Assembly (NCBI RefSeq): GCF_964355755.1
Contig: NC_092679.1
Span: 9,330,201-9,394,200, forward strand
Source: Antedon mediterranea
Taxonomy: Eukaryota > Animalia > Echinodermata
Direction of reading: 5' to 3'
Length of the DNA stretch: 64,000 nucleotides
How positions within the stretch are numbered: the first letter of the stretch is position 1; each line of letters starts with the position of its first letter. The notes beneath the pieces are model-generated. The model saw nothing but the letters and a program-made list of their open reading frames with translations, made no database searches and was not told the DNA's origin. The position numbers and the translations under genes were made by a program. Below are positions 24,301 through 38,344 of the stretch, piece by piece.

Positions 24301-26559
24301 CGAAAATCACAAAATGGTCTAAAACGTCTCCAATAGCGATTTGAAGCTTTTCTGTACACTTTGGTGTTTTTATGTTAACAAGTTTTTTCGAAAATCACAA
24401 AATGGTCTAAAACGTCTCCAAATGCGATTTGAAGCTAATCTGTACACTTTGATGTTTTTATGTTAACAAGTTTTTTCGAAAATCACAAAATGGTCTAAAA
24501 CGTTTCCAAATGCGATTTGAAGCTTTTCTTTACACTTTGGTGTTTTTATGTTAACAAGTTTTTTCGAAAATCACAAAATGGTCTAAAACGTCTCCAAATG
24601 CGATTTGAAGCTATTCTGTACACTTTGATGTTTTTATGTTAACAAGTTTTTTCGAAGATCACAAAATGGTCTAAAACGTCTACAAATGCAATTTGAAGCT
24701 ATTCTAAGCACTTTTGTGTTTTTATGTTAACAAGTTTTTTCGAAAATCACAAAATGGTCTAAAACGTCTGCAAATGCGATTTTAAACTATTCTTAGCACA
24801 TTGGTGTTTTTATTTAAACAAATTTTTTCGAAACTCACAAAATGGTCTAAAACGTCTCCAAATGCGATTTGAAGCTATTTTAAGCACTTTGGTGTTTTTG
24901 TGTTAACAAGTTTTTCGAAATGCTCAAAATGGTCTAAAACGTTTTTAAACACGATATTAAGCTATTTTGTGCTCTTTGGTGTTTTTTTGTGAAAAGTTTT
25001 AGCAAAATGCTCAAAATGGTCTAAAACGATTTCTAATGTGATTTTAAGCACTTTGATGTTTTTATGTTAACTAGTTTTTTCGAAAATCACAAAATGGTCT
25101 AAAACGTCTCCAAATGCGATTTGAAGCTATTTTAAGCACTTAGGTGCTTTTGTGTAACCAAGTTTTTTAGAAAATCACAAAAGGGTCTAAAATGTCTCCA
25201 AATGTGATTTGAAGCTATTTTAAGCACTTTGGTGTTTTTGTGTTAACAAGTTTTTCGGAAATCACAAAATTGTCTAAAACGTCTCCAAATGCGATTTGAA
25301 GCTATTCTGTACACTTTGATGTTTTTATGTTAACAAGTTTTTTAGAAAATCACAAAATGGTCTAAAACATCTCCAAATGCGATTTAAAGCTATTTTAAGC
25401 ACTTTGGTGTTTTTATGTTAACAAGTTTTTTCGAAAATCACAAAATGGTCTAAAACGTCTCCAAATGCGATTTGAAGCTATTTTAAGCACTTTGGTGTTT
25501 TTGTGTTAACAAGTTTTTCGAAATGCTCAAAATGGTCTAAAACGTTTCCAAATGCGATTTGAAGCTATTCTGTACACTTTGATGTTTTGTGTGAAAATTT
25601 TCTGTCGAAATGCTCAAAATGGTCAAAAACGTTTTTAAATACGATATTAAGCTACTTTGTGCTCTTTGATGTTTTTGTGTGAAATGTTTTATCGAAATGC
25701 TCAAAATGGTCTAAAACGGTTTCTAATGTGATTTCAAGCACTTTGATGTTTTTGTGTAACCAAGTTTTTCGAAAATCACAAAATTGTCTAAAACGTCTCC
25801 AAATGCGATTTGAAGCTATTCTGTACTCTTTGATTTTTTTATTTTAACAAGTTTTTCGAAAATCACAAAATGGTCTAAAACGTCTCCAAATGCGATTTTA
25901 AGCTATTCTAAGCACTTTGGTGTTTTTATGTTAACAAGTTTTTTTGAAAATCACAAAATGGTCTAAAACGTCTCTAAATGAGATTTGAAGCTTTTCTGTA
26001 CACTTTGATGTTTTTATGTTAACAAGTTTTTTCGAAAATCACAAAATGGTCTAAAATGTCTCCAAATGCGATTTGAAGCTATTCTAAGCACTTTGGTGTT
26101 TTTATGGAAACAATTTTTTTCGAAAATCACAAAATGGTCTAAAACGTCTCCAAATGTGATTTGAAGCTATTCTGTACACTTTGATGTTTTTATGTTAACA
26201 AGTTTTTTCGAAAATCACAAAATGGTCTAAAACATCTACAAATGCGATTTGAAGCTATACTGTACACTTTGATGCTTTTATGTTAACAAGTTTTTTCGAA
26301 AATCACAAAATGGTCTAAAACGTTTCCAAATGCGATTTGAAGCTATTCTGTACACTTTGATGTTTTGTGTGAAAATTTTCTGTCGAAATGCTCAAAATGG
26401 TCAAAAACGTTTTTAAATACGATATTAAGCTACTTTGTGCTCTTTGATGTTTTTGTGTGAAATGTTTTATCGAAATGCTCAAAATGGTCTAAAACGGTTT
26501 CTAATGTGATTTCAAGCACTTTGATGTTTTTGTGTAACCAAGTTTTTCGAAAATCACAA

Positions 26560-29500
26560 AATTGTCTAAAACGTCTCCAAATGCGATTTGAAGCTATTCT
26601 GTACACTTTGATGTTTTTATGTTAACAAGTTTTTCGAAAATCACAAAATGGTCTAAAACGTCTCCAAATGCGATTTGAAGCTATTCTGTACACTTTGATG
26701 TTTTTATGTTAACAAGTTTTTCGAAAATCACAAAATGGTCTAAAACGTCTCTAAATGCGATTTGAAGCTTTTCTGTACACTTTGATGTTTTTATGTTAAC
26801 AACTTTTTTCGAAAATCACAAAATGGTCTAAAATGTCTCCAAATGCGATTTGAAGCTATTCTGTACACTTTGATGTTTTTATGTTAACAAGTTTTTTCGA
26901 AAATCACAAAATGGTCTAAAACGTCTACAAATGCGATTTGAAGCTATTCTGTACACTTTGATGTTTTTATGTTAACAAGTTTTTTCGAAAATCACAAAAT
27001 GGTCTAAAACGTTTCCAAATGCGATTTGAAGCTATTCTGTACACTTTGATGTTTTGTGTGAAAATTTTCTTTCGAAATGCTCAAAATGGTCAAAAACGTT
27101 TTTAAATACGATATTAAGCTACTTTGTGCTCTTTGATGTTTTTGTGTGAAATGTTTTATCGAAATGCTCAAAATGGTCTAAAACGGTTTCTAATGTGATT
27201 TCAAGCACTTTGATGTTTTTGTGTAACCAAGTTTTTCGAAAATCACAAAATTGTCTAAAACGTCTCCAAATGCGATTTGAAGCTATTCTGTACACTTTGA
27301 TGTTTTTATGTTAACAAGTTTTTCGAAAATCACAAAATGGTCTAAAACGTCTCCAAATGCGATTTTAAGCTATTCTAAGCACTTTGGTGTTTTTATGTTA
27401 ACAAGTTTTTTTGAAAATCACAAAATGGTCTAAAACGTCTCTAAATGCGATTTGAAGCTATTCTGTACACTTTGATGTTTTTATGTTAACAAGTTTTTTC
27501 GAAAATCACAAAATGGTCTAAAACGTCTACAAATGCGATTTGAAGCTATTCTAAGCACTTTGGTGTTTTTATGGAAACAATTTTTTTCGAAAATCACAAA
27601 ATGGTCTAAAACGTTTCCAAATGCGATTTGAAGCTATTCTGTACACTTTGATGTTTTGTGTGAAAATTTTCTGTCGAAATGCTCAAAATGGTCAAAAACG
27701 TTTTTAAATACGATATTAAGCTACTTTGTGCTCTTTGATGTTTTTGTGTGAAATGTTTTATCGAAATGCTCAAAATGGTCTAAAACGGTTTCTAATGTGA
27801 TTTCAAGCACTTTGATGTTTTTGTGTAACCAAGTTTTTTGAAAATCACAAAATTGTCTAAAACGTCTCCAAATGCGATTTGAAGCTATTCTGTACACTTT
27901 GATGTTTTTATGTTAACAAGTTTTTCGAAAATCACAAAATGGTCTAAAACGTGTCTCCAAATGCGATTTTAAGCTATTCTAAGCACTTTGGTGTTTTTAT
28001 GTTAACAAGTTTTTTTGAAAATCACAAAATGGTCTAAAACGTCTCTAAATGCGATTTGAAGCTTTTCTGTACACTTTGATGTTTTTATGTTAACAACTTT
28101 TTTCGAAAATCACAAAATGGTCTAAAATGTCTCCAAATGCGATTTGAAGCTATTCTAAGCACTTTGGTGTTTTTATGTTAACAAGTTTTTTCGAATATCA
28201 CAAAATGGTCTAAAACGTCTCCAAATGCGATTTGAAGCTATTCTGTACACTTTGATGTTTTTATGTTAACAAGTTTTTTCGAAAATCACAAAATGGTCTA
28301 AAACGTCTACAAATGCGATTTGAAGCTATTCTGTACACTTTGATGTTTTTATGTTAACAAGTTTTTTCGAAAATCACAAAATGGTCTAAAACGTTTCCAA
28401 ATGCGATTTGAAGCTATTCTGTACACTTTGATGTTTTGTGTGAAAATTTTCTTTCGAAATGCTCAAAATGGTCAAAAACGTTTTTAAATACGATATTAAG
28501 CTACTTTGTGCTCTTTGATGTTTTTGTGTGAAATGTTTTATCGAAATGCTCAAAATGGTCTAAAACGGTTTCTAATGTGATTTCAAGCACTTTGATGTTT
28601 TTGTGTAACCAAGTTTTTCGAAAATCACAAAATTGTCTAAAACGTCTCCAAATGCGATTTGAAGCTATTCTGTACACTTTGATGTTTTTATGTTAACAAG
28701 TTTTTCGAAAATCACAAAATGGTCTAAAACGTCTCCAAATGCGATTTGAAGCTATTCTGTACACTTTGATGTTTTTATGTTAACAAGTTTTTCGAAAATC
28801 ACAAAATGGTCTAAAACGTCTCTAAATGCGATTTGAAGCTTTTCTGTACACTTTGATGTTTTTATGTTAACAACTTTTTTCGAAAATCACAAAATGGTCT
28901 AAAATGTCTCCAAATGCGATTTGAAGCTATTCTAAGCACTTTGATGTTTTTATGTTACCAAGTTTTTTCGAAAATCACAAAATGGTCTAAAATGTCTCCA
29001 ATAGCGATTTGAAGCTTTTCTGTACACTTTGGTGTTTTTATGTTAACAAGTTTTTTCGAAAATCACAAAATGGTCTAAAACGTCTCCAAATGCGATTTGA
29101 AGCTAATCTGTACACTTTGATGTTTTTATGTTAACAAGTTTTTTCGAAAATCACAAAATGGTCTAAAACGTTTCCAAATGCGATTTGAAGCTTTTCTTTA
29201 CACTTTGGTGTTTTTATGTTAACAAGTTTTTTCGAAAATCACAAAATGGTCTAAAACGTCTCCAAATGCGATTTGAAGCTATTCTGTACACTTTGATGTT
29301 TTTATGTTAACAAGTTTTTTCGAAGATCACAAAATGGTCTAAAACGTCTACAAATGCAATTTGAAGCTATTCTAAGCACTTTTGTGTTTTTATGTTAACA
29401 AGTTTTTTCGAAAATCACAAAATGGTCTAAAACGTCTGCAAATGCGATTTTAAACTATTCTTAGCACATTGGTGTTTTTATTTAAACAAATTTTTTCGAA

Positions 29501-32500
29501 ACTCACAAAATGGTCTAAAACGTCTCCAAATGCGATTTGAAGCTATTTTAAGCACTTTGATGTTTTTGTGTAACCAAGTTTTTCGAAAATCACAAAATTG
29601 TCTAAAACGTCTCCAAATGCGATTTGAAGCTATTTTGTGCTCTTTGGTGTTTTTTTGTGAAAAGTTTTAGCAAAATGCTCAAAATGGTCTAAAACGATTT
29701 CTAATGTGATTTTAAGCACTTTGATGTTTTTATGTTAACTAGTTTTTTCGAAAATCACAAAATGGTCTAAAACGTCTCCAAATGCGATTTGAAGCTATTT
29801 TAAGCACTTAGGTGCTTTTGTGTAACCAAGTTTTTTAGAAAATCACAAAAGGGTCTAAAATGTCTCCAAATGTGATTTGAAGCTATTTTAAGCACTTTGG
29901 TGTTTTTGTGTTAACAAGTTTTTCGGAAATCACAAAATTGTCTAAAACGTCTCCAAATGCGATTTGAAGCTATTCTGTACACTTTGATGTTTTTATGTTA
30001 ACAAGTTTTTTCGAAAATCACAAAATGGTCTAAAACATCTCCAAATGCGATTTGAAGCTATTCTGTACACTTTGATGTTTTTATGTTAACAAGTTTTTCG
30101 AAAATCACAAAATGGTCTAAAACGTCTCCAAATGCGATTTGAAGCTATTCTGTACACTTTGATGTTTTTATGTTAACAAGTTTTTCGAAAATCACAAAAT
30201 GGTCTAAAACGTCTCTAAATGCGATTTGAAGCTTTTCTGTACACTTTGATGTTTTTATGTTAACAACTTTTTTCGAAAATCACAAAATGGTCTAAAATGT
30301 CTCCAAATGCGATTTGAAGCTATTCTGTACACTTTGATGTTTTTATGTTAACAAGTTTTTTCGAAAATCACAAAATGGTCTAAAACGTCTACAAATGCGA
30401 TTTGAAGCTATTCTGTACACTTTGATGTTTTTATGTTAACAAGTTTTTTCGAAAATCACAAAATGGTCTAAAACGTTTCCAAATGCGATTTGAAGCTATT
30501 CTGTACACTTTGATGTTTTGTGTGAAAATTTTCTTTCGAAATGCTCAAAATGGTCAAAAACGTTTTTAAATACGATATTAAGCTACTTTGTGCTCTTTGA
30601 TGTTTTTGTGTGAAATGTTTTATCGAAATGCTCAAAATGGTCTAAAACGGTTTCTAATGTGATTTCAAGCACTTTGATGTTTTTGTGTAACCAAGTTTTT
30701 CGAAAATCACAAAATTGTCTAAAACGTCTCCAAATGCGATTTGAAGCTATTCTGTACACTTTGATGTTTTTATGTTAACAAGTTTTTCGAAAATCACAAA
30801 ATGGTCTAAAACGTCTCCAAATGCGATTTTAAGCTATTCTAAGCACTTTGGTGTTTTTATGTTAACAAGTTTTTTTGAAAATCACAAAATGGTCTAAAAC
30901 GTCTCTAAATGCGATTTGAAGCTATTCTGTACACTTTGATGTTTTTATGTTAACAAGTTTTTTCGAAAATCACAAAATGGTCTAAAACGTCTACAAATGC
31001 GATTTGAAGCTATTCTAAGCACTTTGGTGTTTTTATGGAAACAATTTTTTTCGAAAATCACAAAATGGTCTAAAACGTTTCCAAATGCGATTTGAAGCTA
31101 TTCTGTACACTTTGATGTTTTGTGTGAAAATTTTCTGTCGAAATGCTCAAAATGGTCAAAAACGTTTTTAAATACGATATTAAGCTACTTTGTGCTCTTT
31201 GATGTTTTTGTGTGAAATGTTTTATCGAAATGCTCAAAATGGTCTAAAACGGTTTCTAATGTGATTTCAAGCACTTTGATGTTTTTGTGTAACCAAGTTT
31301 TTTGAAAATCACAAAATTGTCTAAAACGTCTCCAAATGCGATTTGAAGCTATTCTGTACACTTTGATGTTTTTATGTTAACAAGTTTTTCGAAAATCACA
31401 AAATGGTCTAAAACGTGTCTCCAAATGCGATTTTAAGCTATTCTAAGCACTTTGGTGTTTTTATGTTAACAAGTTTTTTTGAAAATCACAAAATGGTCTA
31501 AAACGTCTCTAAATGCGATTTGAAGCTTTTCTGTACACTTTGATGTTTTTATGTTAACAACTTTTTTCGAAAATCACAAAATGGTCTAAAATGTCTCCAA
31601 ATGCGATTTGAAGCTATTCTAAGCACTTTGGTGTTTTTATGTTAACAAGTTTTTTCGAATATCACAAAATGGTCTAAAACGTCTCCAAATGCGATTTGAA
31701 GCTATTCTGTACACTTTGATGTTTTTATGTTAACAAGTTTTTTCGAAAATCACAAAATGGTCTAAAACGTCTACAAATGCGATTTGAAGCTATTCTGTAC
31801 ACTTTGATGTTTTTATGTTAACAAGTTTTTTCGAAAATCACAAAATGGTCTAAAACGTTTCCAAATGCGATTTGAAGCTATTCTGTACACTTTGATGTTT
31901 TGTGTGAAAATTTTCTTTCGAAATGCTCAAAATGGTCAAAAACGTTTTTAAATACGATATTAAGCTACTTTGTGCTCTTTGATGTTTTTGTGTGAAATGT
32001 TTTATCGAAATGCTCAAAATGGTCTAAAACGGTTTCTAATGTGATTTCAAGCACTTTGATGTTTTTGTGTAACCAAGTTTTTCGAAAATCACAAAATTGT
32101 CTAAAACGTCTCCAAATGCGATTTGAAGCTATTCTGTACACTTTGATGTTTTTATGTTAACAAGTTTTTCGAAAATCACAAAATGGTCTAAAACGTCTCC
32201 AAATGCGATTTGAAGCTATTCTGTACACTTTGATGTTTTTATGTTAACAAGTTTTTCGAAAATCACAAAATGGTCTAAAACGTCTCTAAATGCGATTTGA
32301 AGCTTTTCTGTACACTTTGATGTTTTTATGTTAACAACTTTTTTCGAAAATCACAAAATGGTCTAAAATGTCTCCAAATGCGATTTGAAGCTATTCTAAG
32401 CACTTTGATGTTTTTATGTTACCAAGTTTTTTCGAAAATCACAAAATGGTCTAAAATGTCTCCAATAGCGATTTGAAGCTTTTCTGTACACTTTGGTGTT

Positions 32501-33490
32501 TTTATGTTAACAAGTTTTTTCGAAAATCACAAAATGGTCTAAAACGTCTCCAAATGCGATTTGAAGCTAATCTGTACACTTTGATGTTTTTATGTTAACA
32601 AGTTTTTTCGAAAATCACAAAATGGTCTAAAACGTTTCCAAATGCGATTTGAAGCTTTTCTTTACACTTTGGTGTTTTTATGTTAACAAGTTTTTTCGAA
32701 AATCACAAAATGGTCTAAAACGTCTCCAAATGCGATTTGAAGCTATTCTGTACACTTTGATGTTTTTATGTTAACAAGTTTTTTCGAAGATCACAAAATG
32801 GTCTAAAACGTCTACAAATGCAATTTGAAGCTATTCTAAGCACTTTTGTGTTTTTATGTTAACAAGTTTTTTCGAAAATCACAAAATGGTCTAAAACGTC
32901 TGCAAATGCGATTTTAAACTATTCTTAGCACATTGGTGTTTTTATTTAAACAAATTTTTTCGAAACTCACAAAATGGTCTAAAACGTCTCCAAATGCGAT
33001 TTGAAGCTATTTTAAGCACTTTGATGTTTTTGTGTAACCAAGTTTTTCGAAAATCACAAAATTGTCTAAAACGTCTCCAAATGCGATTTGAAGCTATTTT
33101 GTGCTCTTTGGTGTTTTTTTGTGAAAAGTTTTAGCAAAATGCTCAAAATGGTCTAAAACGATTTCTAATGTGATTTTAAGCACTTTGATGTTTTTATGTT
33201 AACTAGTTTTTTCGAAAATCACAAAATGGTCTAAAACGTCTCCAAATGCGATTTGAAGCTATTTTAAGCACTTAGGTGCTTTTGTGTAACCAAGTTTTTT
33301 AGAAAATCACAAAAGGGTCTAAAATGTCTCCAAATGTGATTTGAAGCTATTTTAAGCACTTTGGTGTTTTTGTGTTAACAAGTTTTTCGGAAATCACAAA
33401 ATTGTCTAAAACGTCTCCAAATGCGATTTGAAGCTATTCTGTACACTTTGATGTTTTTATGTTAACAAGTTTTTTAGAAAATCACAAAAT
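26560..33490. repeat. About 40-monomer (3464 bp) tandem duplication
   Basis: GT insertion AACGTGTCTCC (27951/31415), TCGAATATC (28191/31655) and the chimeric B' monomer (~29600/33065) all repeat at 3464 bp. Confidence 0.9.
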
Positions 33491-36400
33491 GGTCTAAAAC
33501 ATCTCCAAATGCGATTTAAAGCTATTTTAAGCACTTTGGTGTTTTTATGTTAACAAGTTTTTTCGAAAATCACAAAATGGTCTAAAACGTCTCCAAATGC
33601 GATTTGAAGCTATTTTAAGCACTTGGGTGTTTTTGTGTTAACAAGTTTTTCGAAATGCTCAAAATGGTCTAAAACGTTTCCAAATGCGATTTGAAGCTAT
33701 TCTGTACACTTTGATGTTTTGTGTGAAAATTTTCTGTCGAAATGCTCAAAATGGTCAAAAACGTTTTTAAATACGATATTAAGCTACTTTGTGCTCTTTG
33801 ATGTTTTTGTGTGAAATGTTTTATCGAAATGCTCAAAATGGTCTAAAACGGTTTCTAATGTGATTTCAAGCACTTTGATGTTTTTGTGTAACCAAGTTTT
33901 TCGAAAATCACAAAATTGTCTAAAACGTCTCCAAATGCGATTTGAAGCTATTCTGTACTCTTTGATGTTTTTATGTTAACAAGTTTTTCGAAAATCACAA
34001 AATGGTCTAAAACGTCTCCAAATGCGATTTTAAGCTATTCTAAGCACTTTGGTGTTTTTATGTTAACAAGTTTTTTTGAAATCACAAAATGGTCTAAAAC
34101 GTCTCTAAATGAGATTTGAAGCTTTTCTGTACATTTTGATGTTTTTATGTTAACAAGTTTTTTCGAAAATCACAAAATGGTCTAAAATGTCTCCAAATGC
34201 GATTTGAAGCTATTCTAAGCACTTTGGTGTTTTTATGGAAACAATTTTTTTCGAAAATCACAAAATGGTCTAAAACGTCTCCAAATGTGATTTGAAGCTA
34301 TTCTGTACACTTTGATGTTTTTATGTTAGCAAGTTTTTTCGAAATTCACAAAATGGTCTAAAACGTCTACAAATGCGATTTGAAGCTAATCTGTACACTT
34401 TGATGTTTTTATGTTAACAAGTTTTTTCGAAAATCACAAAAGGGTCTAAAATGTCTGTAAATGCGATTTGAAGCTATTTAAAGCACTTTGGTGTTTTTAG
34501 GTTAACAAGTTTTTTCGAAAATCACAAAATGGTCTAAAACGTCTACAAATGCGATTTGAAGCTATTCTAAGCACTTTTGTGTTTTTATGTTAACAAGTTT
34601 TTTCGAAAATCACAAAATGGTCTAAAATGTCTCCAAATGCGATTTGAAGCTATTCTAAGCACTTTGGTGTTTTTATGGAAACAATTTTTTTCGAAAATCA
34701 CAAAATGGTCTAAAACGTCTCCAAATGTGATTTGAAGCTATTCTGTACACTTTGATGTTTTTATGTTAGCAAGTTTTTTCGAAAATCACAAAATGGTCTA
34801 AAACGTCTACAAATGCGATTTGAAGCTAATCTGTACACTTTGATGTTTTTATGTTAACAAGTTTTTTCGAAAATCACAAAAGGGTCTAAAATGTCTGTAA
34901 ATGCGATTTGAAGCTATTTAAAGCACTTTGGTGTTTTTAGATTAACAAGTTTTTTCGAAAATCACAAAATGGTCTAAAACGTCTACAAATGCGATTTGAA
35001 GCTATTCTAAGCACTTTTGTGTTTTTATGTTAACAAGTTTTTTCGAAAATCACAAAATGGTCTAAAACGTCTCCAAATGCGATTTGAAGCTATTTTAAGC
35101 ACTTTGGTGTTTTTATGTTACCAAGTTTTTTCGAAAATCACAAAATGGTCTAAAATGTCTCTAATAGCGATTTTAAGCTATTCTGTACACTTTGATGTTT
35201 TTATGTTAACAAGTTTTTCGAAAATCACAAAATGGTCTAAAACGTCTCCAAATGCGATTTTAAGCTATTCTAAGCACTTTGGTGTTTTTATGTTAACAAG
35301 TTTTTTTGAAAATCACAAAATGGTCTAAAACGTCTCTAAATGCGATTTGAAGCTTTTCTGTACACTTTGATGTTTTTATGTTAACAACTTTTTTCGAAAA
35401 TCACAAAATGGTCTAAAATGTCTCCAAATGCGATTTGAAGCTATTCTAAGCACTTTGGTGTTTTTATGGAAACAATTTTTTTCGAAAATCACAAAATGGT
35501 CTAAAACGTCTCCAATAGCGATTTGAAGCTTTTCTGTACACTTTGGTGTTTTTATGTTAACAAGTTTTTTCGAAAATCACAAAATGGTCTAAAACGTCTC
35601 CAAATGCGATTTGAAGCTAATCTGTACACTTTGATGTTTTTATGTTAACAAGTTTTTTCGAAAATCACAAAATGGTCTAAAACGTTTCCAAATGCGATTT
35701 GAAGCTTTTCTTTACACTTTGGTGTTTTTATGTTAACAAGTTTTTTCGAAAATCACAAAATGGTCTAAAACGTCTCCAAATGCGATTTGAAGCTATTCTG
35801 TACACTTTGATGTTTTTATGTTAACAAGTTTTTTCGAAGATCACAAAATGGTCTAAAACGTCTACAAATGCAATTTGAAGCTATTCTAAGCACTTTTGTG
35901 TTTTTATGTTAACAAGTTTTTTCGAAAATCACAAAATGGTCTAAAACGTCTGCAAATGCGATTTTAAACTATTCTTAGCACATTGGTGTTTTTATTTAAA
36001 CAAATTTTTTCGAAACTCACAAAATGGTCTAAAACGTCTCCAAATGCGATTTGAAGCTATTTTAAGCACTTTGGTGTTTTTGTGTTAACAAGTTTTTCGA
36101 AATGCTCAAAATGGTCTAAAACGTTTTTAAACACGATATTAAGCTATTTTGTGCTCTTTGGTGTTTTTTTGTGAAAAGTTTTAGCAAAATGCTCAAAATG
36201 GTCTAAAACGATTTCTAATGTGATTTTAAGCACTTTGATGTTTTTATGTTAACTAGTTTTTTCGAAAATCACAAAATGGTCTAAAACGTCTCCAAATGCG
36301 ATTTGAAGCTATTTTAAGCACTTAGGTGCTTTTGTGTAACCAAGTTTTTTAGAAAATCACAAAAGGGTCTAAAATGTCTCCAAATGTGATTTGAAGCTAT

Positions 36401-38344
36401 TTTAAGCACTTTGGTGTTTTTGTGTTAACAAGTTTTTCGGAAATCACAAAATTGTCTAAAACGTCTCCAAATGCGATTTGAAGCTATTCTGTACACTTTG
36501 ATGTTTTTATGTTAACAAGTTTTTTAGAAAATCACAAAATGGTCTAAAACATCTCCAAATGCGATTTAAAGCTATTTTAAGCACTTTGGTGTTTTTATGT
36601 TAACAAGTTTTTTCGAAAATCACAAAATGGTCTAAAACGTCTCCAAATGCGATTTGAAGCTATTTTAAGCACTTGGGTGTTTTTGTGTTAACAAGTTTTT
36701 CGAAATGCTCAAAATGGTCTAAAACGTTTCCAAATGCGATTTGAAGCTATTCTGTACACTTTGATGTTTTGTGTGAAAATTTTCTGTCGAAATGCTCAAA
36801 ATGGTCAAAAACGTTTTTAAATACGATATTAAGCTACTTTGTGCTCTTTGATGTTTTTGTGTGAAATGTTTTATCGAAATGCTCAAAATGGTCTAAAACG
36901 GTTTCTAATGTGATTTCAAGCACTTTGATGTTTTTGTGTAACCAAGTTTTTCGAAAATCACAAAATTGTCTAAAACGTCTCCAAATGCGATTTGAAGCTA
37001 TTCTGTACTCTTTGATGTTTTTATGTTAACAAGTTTTTCGAAAATCACAAAATGGTCTAAAACGTCTCCAAATGCGATTTTAAGCTATTCTAAGCACTTT
37101 GGTGTTTTTATGTTAACAAGTTTTTTTGAAATCACAAAATGGTCTAAAACGTCTCTAAATGAGATTTGAAGCTTTTCTGTACATTTTGATGTTTTTATGT
37201 TAACAAGTTTTTTCGAAAATCACAAAATGGTCTAAAATGTCTCCAAATGCGATTTGAAGCTATTCTAAGCACTTTGGTGTTTTTATGGAAACAATTTTTT
37301 TCGAAAATCACAAAATGGTCTAAAACGTCTCCAAATGTGATTTGAAGCTATTCTGTACACTTTGATGTTTTTATGTTAACAAGTTTTTCGAAAATCACAA
37401 AATGGTCTAAAACGTCTCCAAATGCGATTTTAAGCTATTCTAAGCACTTTGGTGTTTTTATGTTAACAAGTTTTTTCGAAAATCACAAAATGGTCTAAAA
37501 CGTCTACAAATGCGATTTGAAGCTATTCTAAGCACTTTTGTGTTTTTATGTTAACAAGTTTTTTTGAAAATCACAAAATGGTCTAAAACGTCTCTAAATG
37601 CGATTTGAAGCTTTTCTGTACACTTTGATGTTTTTATGTTAACAACTTTTTTCGAAAATCACAAAATGGTCTAAAACGTCTCCAATAGCGATTTTAAGCT
37701 ATTCTGTACACTTTGATGTTTTTATGTTAACAAGTTTTTCGAAAATCACAAAATGGTCTAAAACGTCTCCAAATGCGATTTTAAGCTATTCTAAGCACTT
37801 TGGTGTTTTTATGTTAACAAGTTTTTTTGAAAATCACAAAATGGTCTAAAACGTCTCTAAATCCGATTTGAAGCTTTTCTGTACACTTTGATGTTTTTAT
37901 GTTAACAACTTTTTTCGAAAATCACAAAATGGTCTAAAATGTCTCCAAATGCGATTTGAAGCTATTCTAAGCACTTTTGTGTTTTTATGTTAACAAGTTT
38001 TTTCGAAAATCACAAAATGGTCTAAAACGTCTCCAAATGCGATTTGAAGCTATTTTAAGCACTTTGGTGTTTTTGTGTTAACAAGTTTTTCGAAAATCAC
38101 AAAATGGTCTAAAACGTTTCCAAATGCGATTTGAAGCTATTCTGTACACTTTGATGTTTTGTGTGAAAATTTTCTTTCGAAATGCTCAAAATGGTCAAAA
38201 ACGTTTTTAAATACGATATTAAGCTACTTTGTGCTCTTTGATGTTTTTGTGTGAAATGTTTTATCGAAATGCTCAAAATGGTCTAAAACGGTTTCTAATG
38301 TGATTTCAAGCACTTTGATGTTTTTGTGTAACCAAGTTTTTCGA

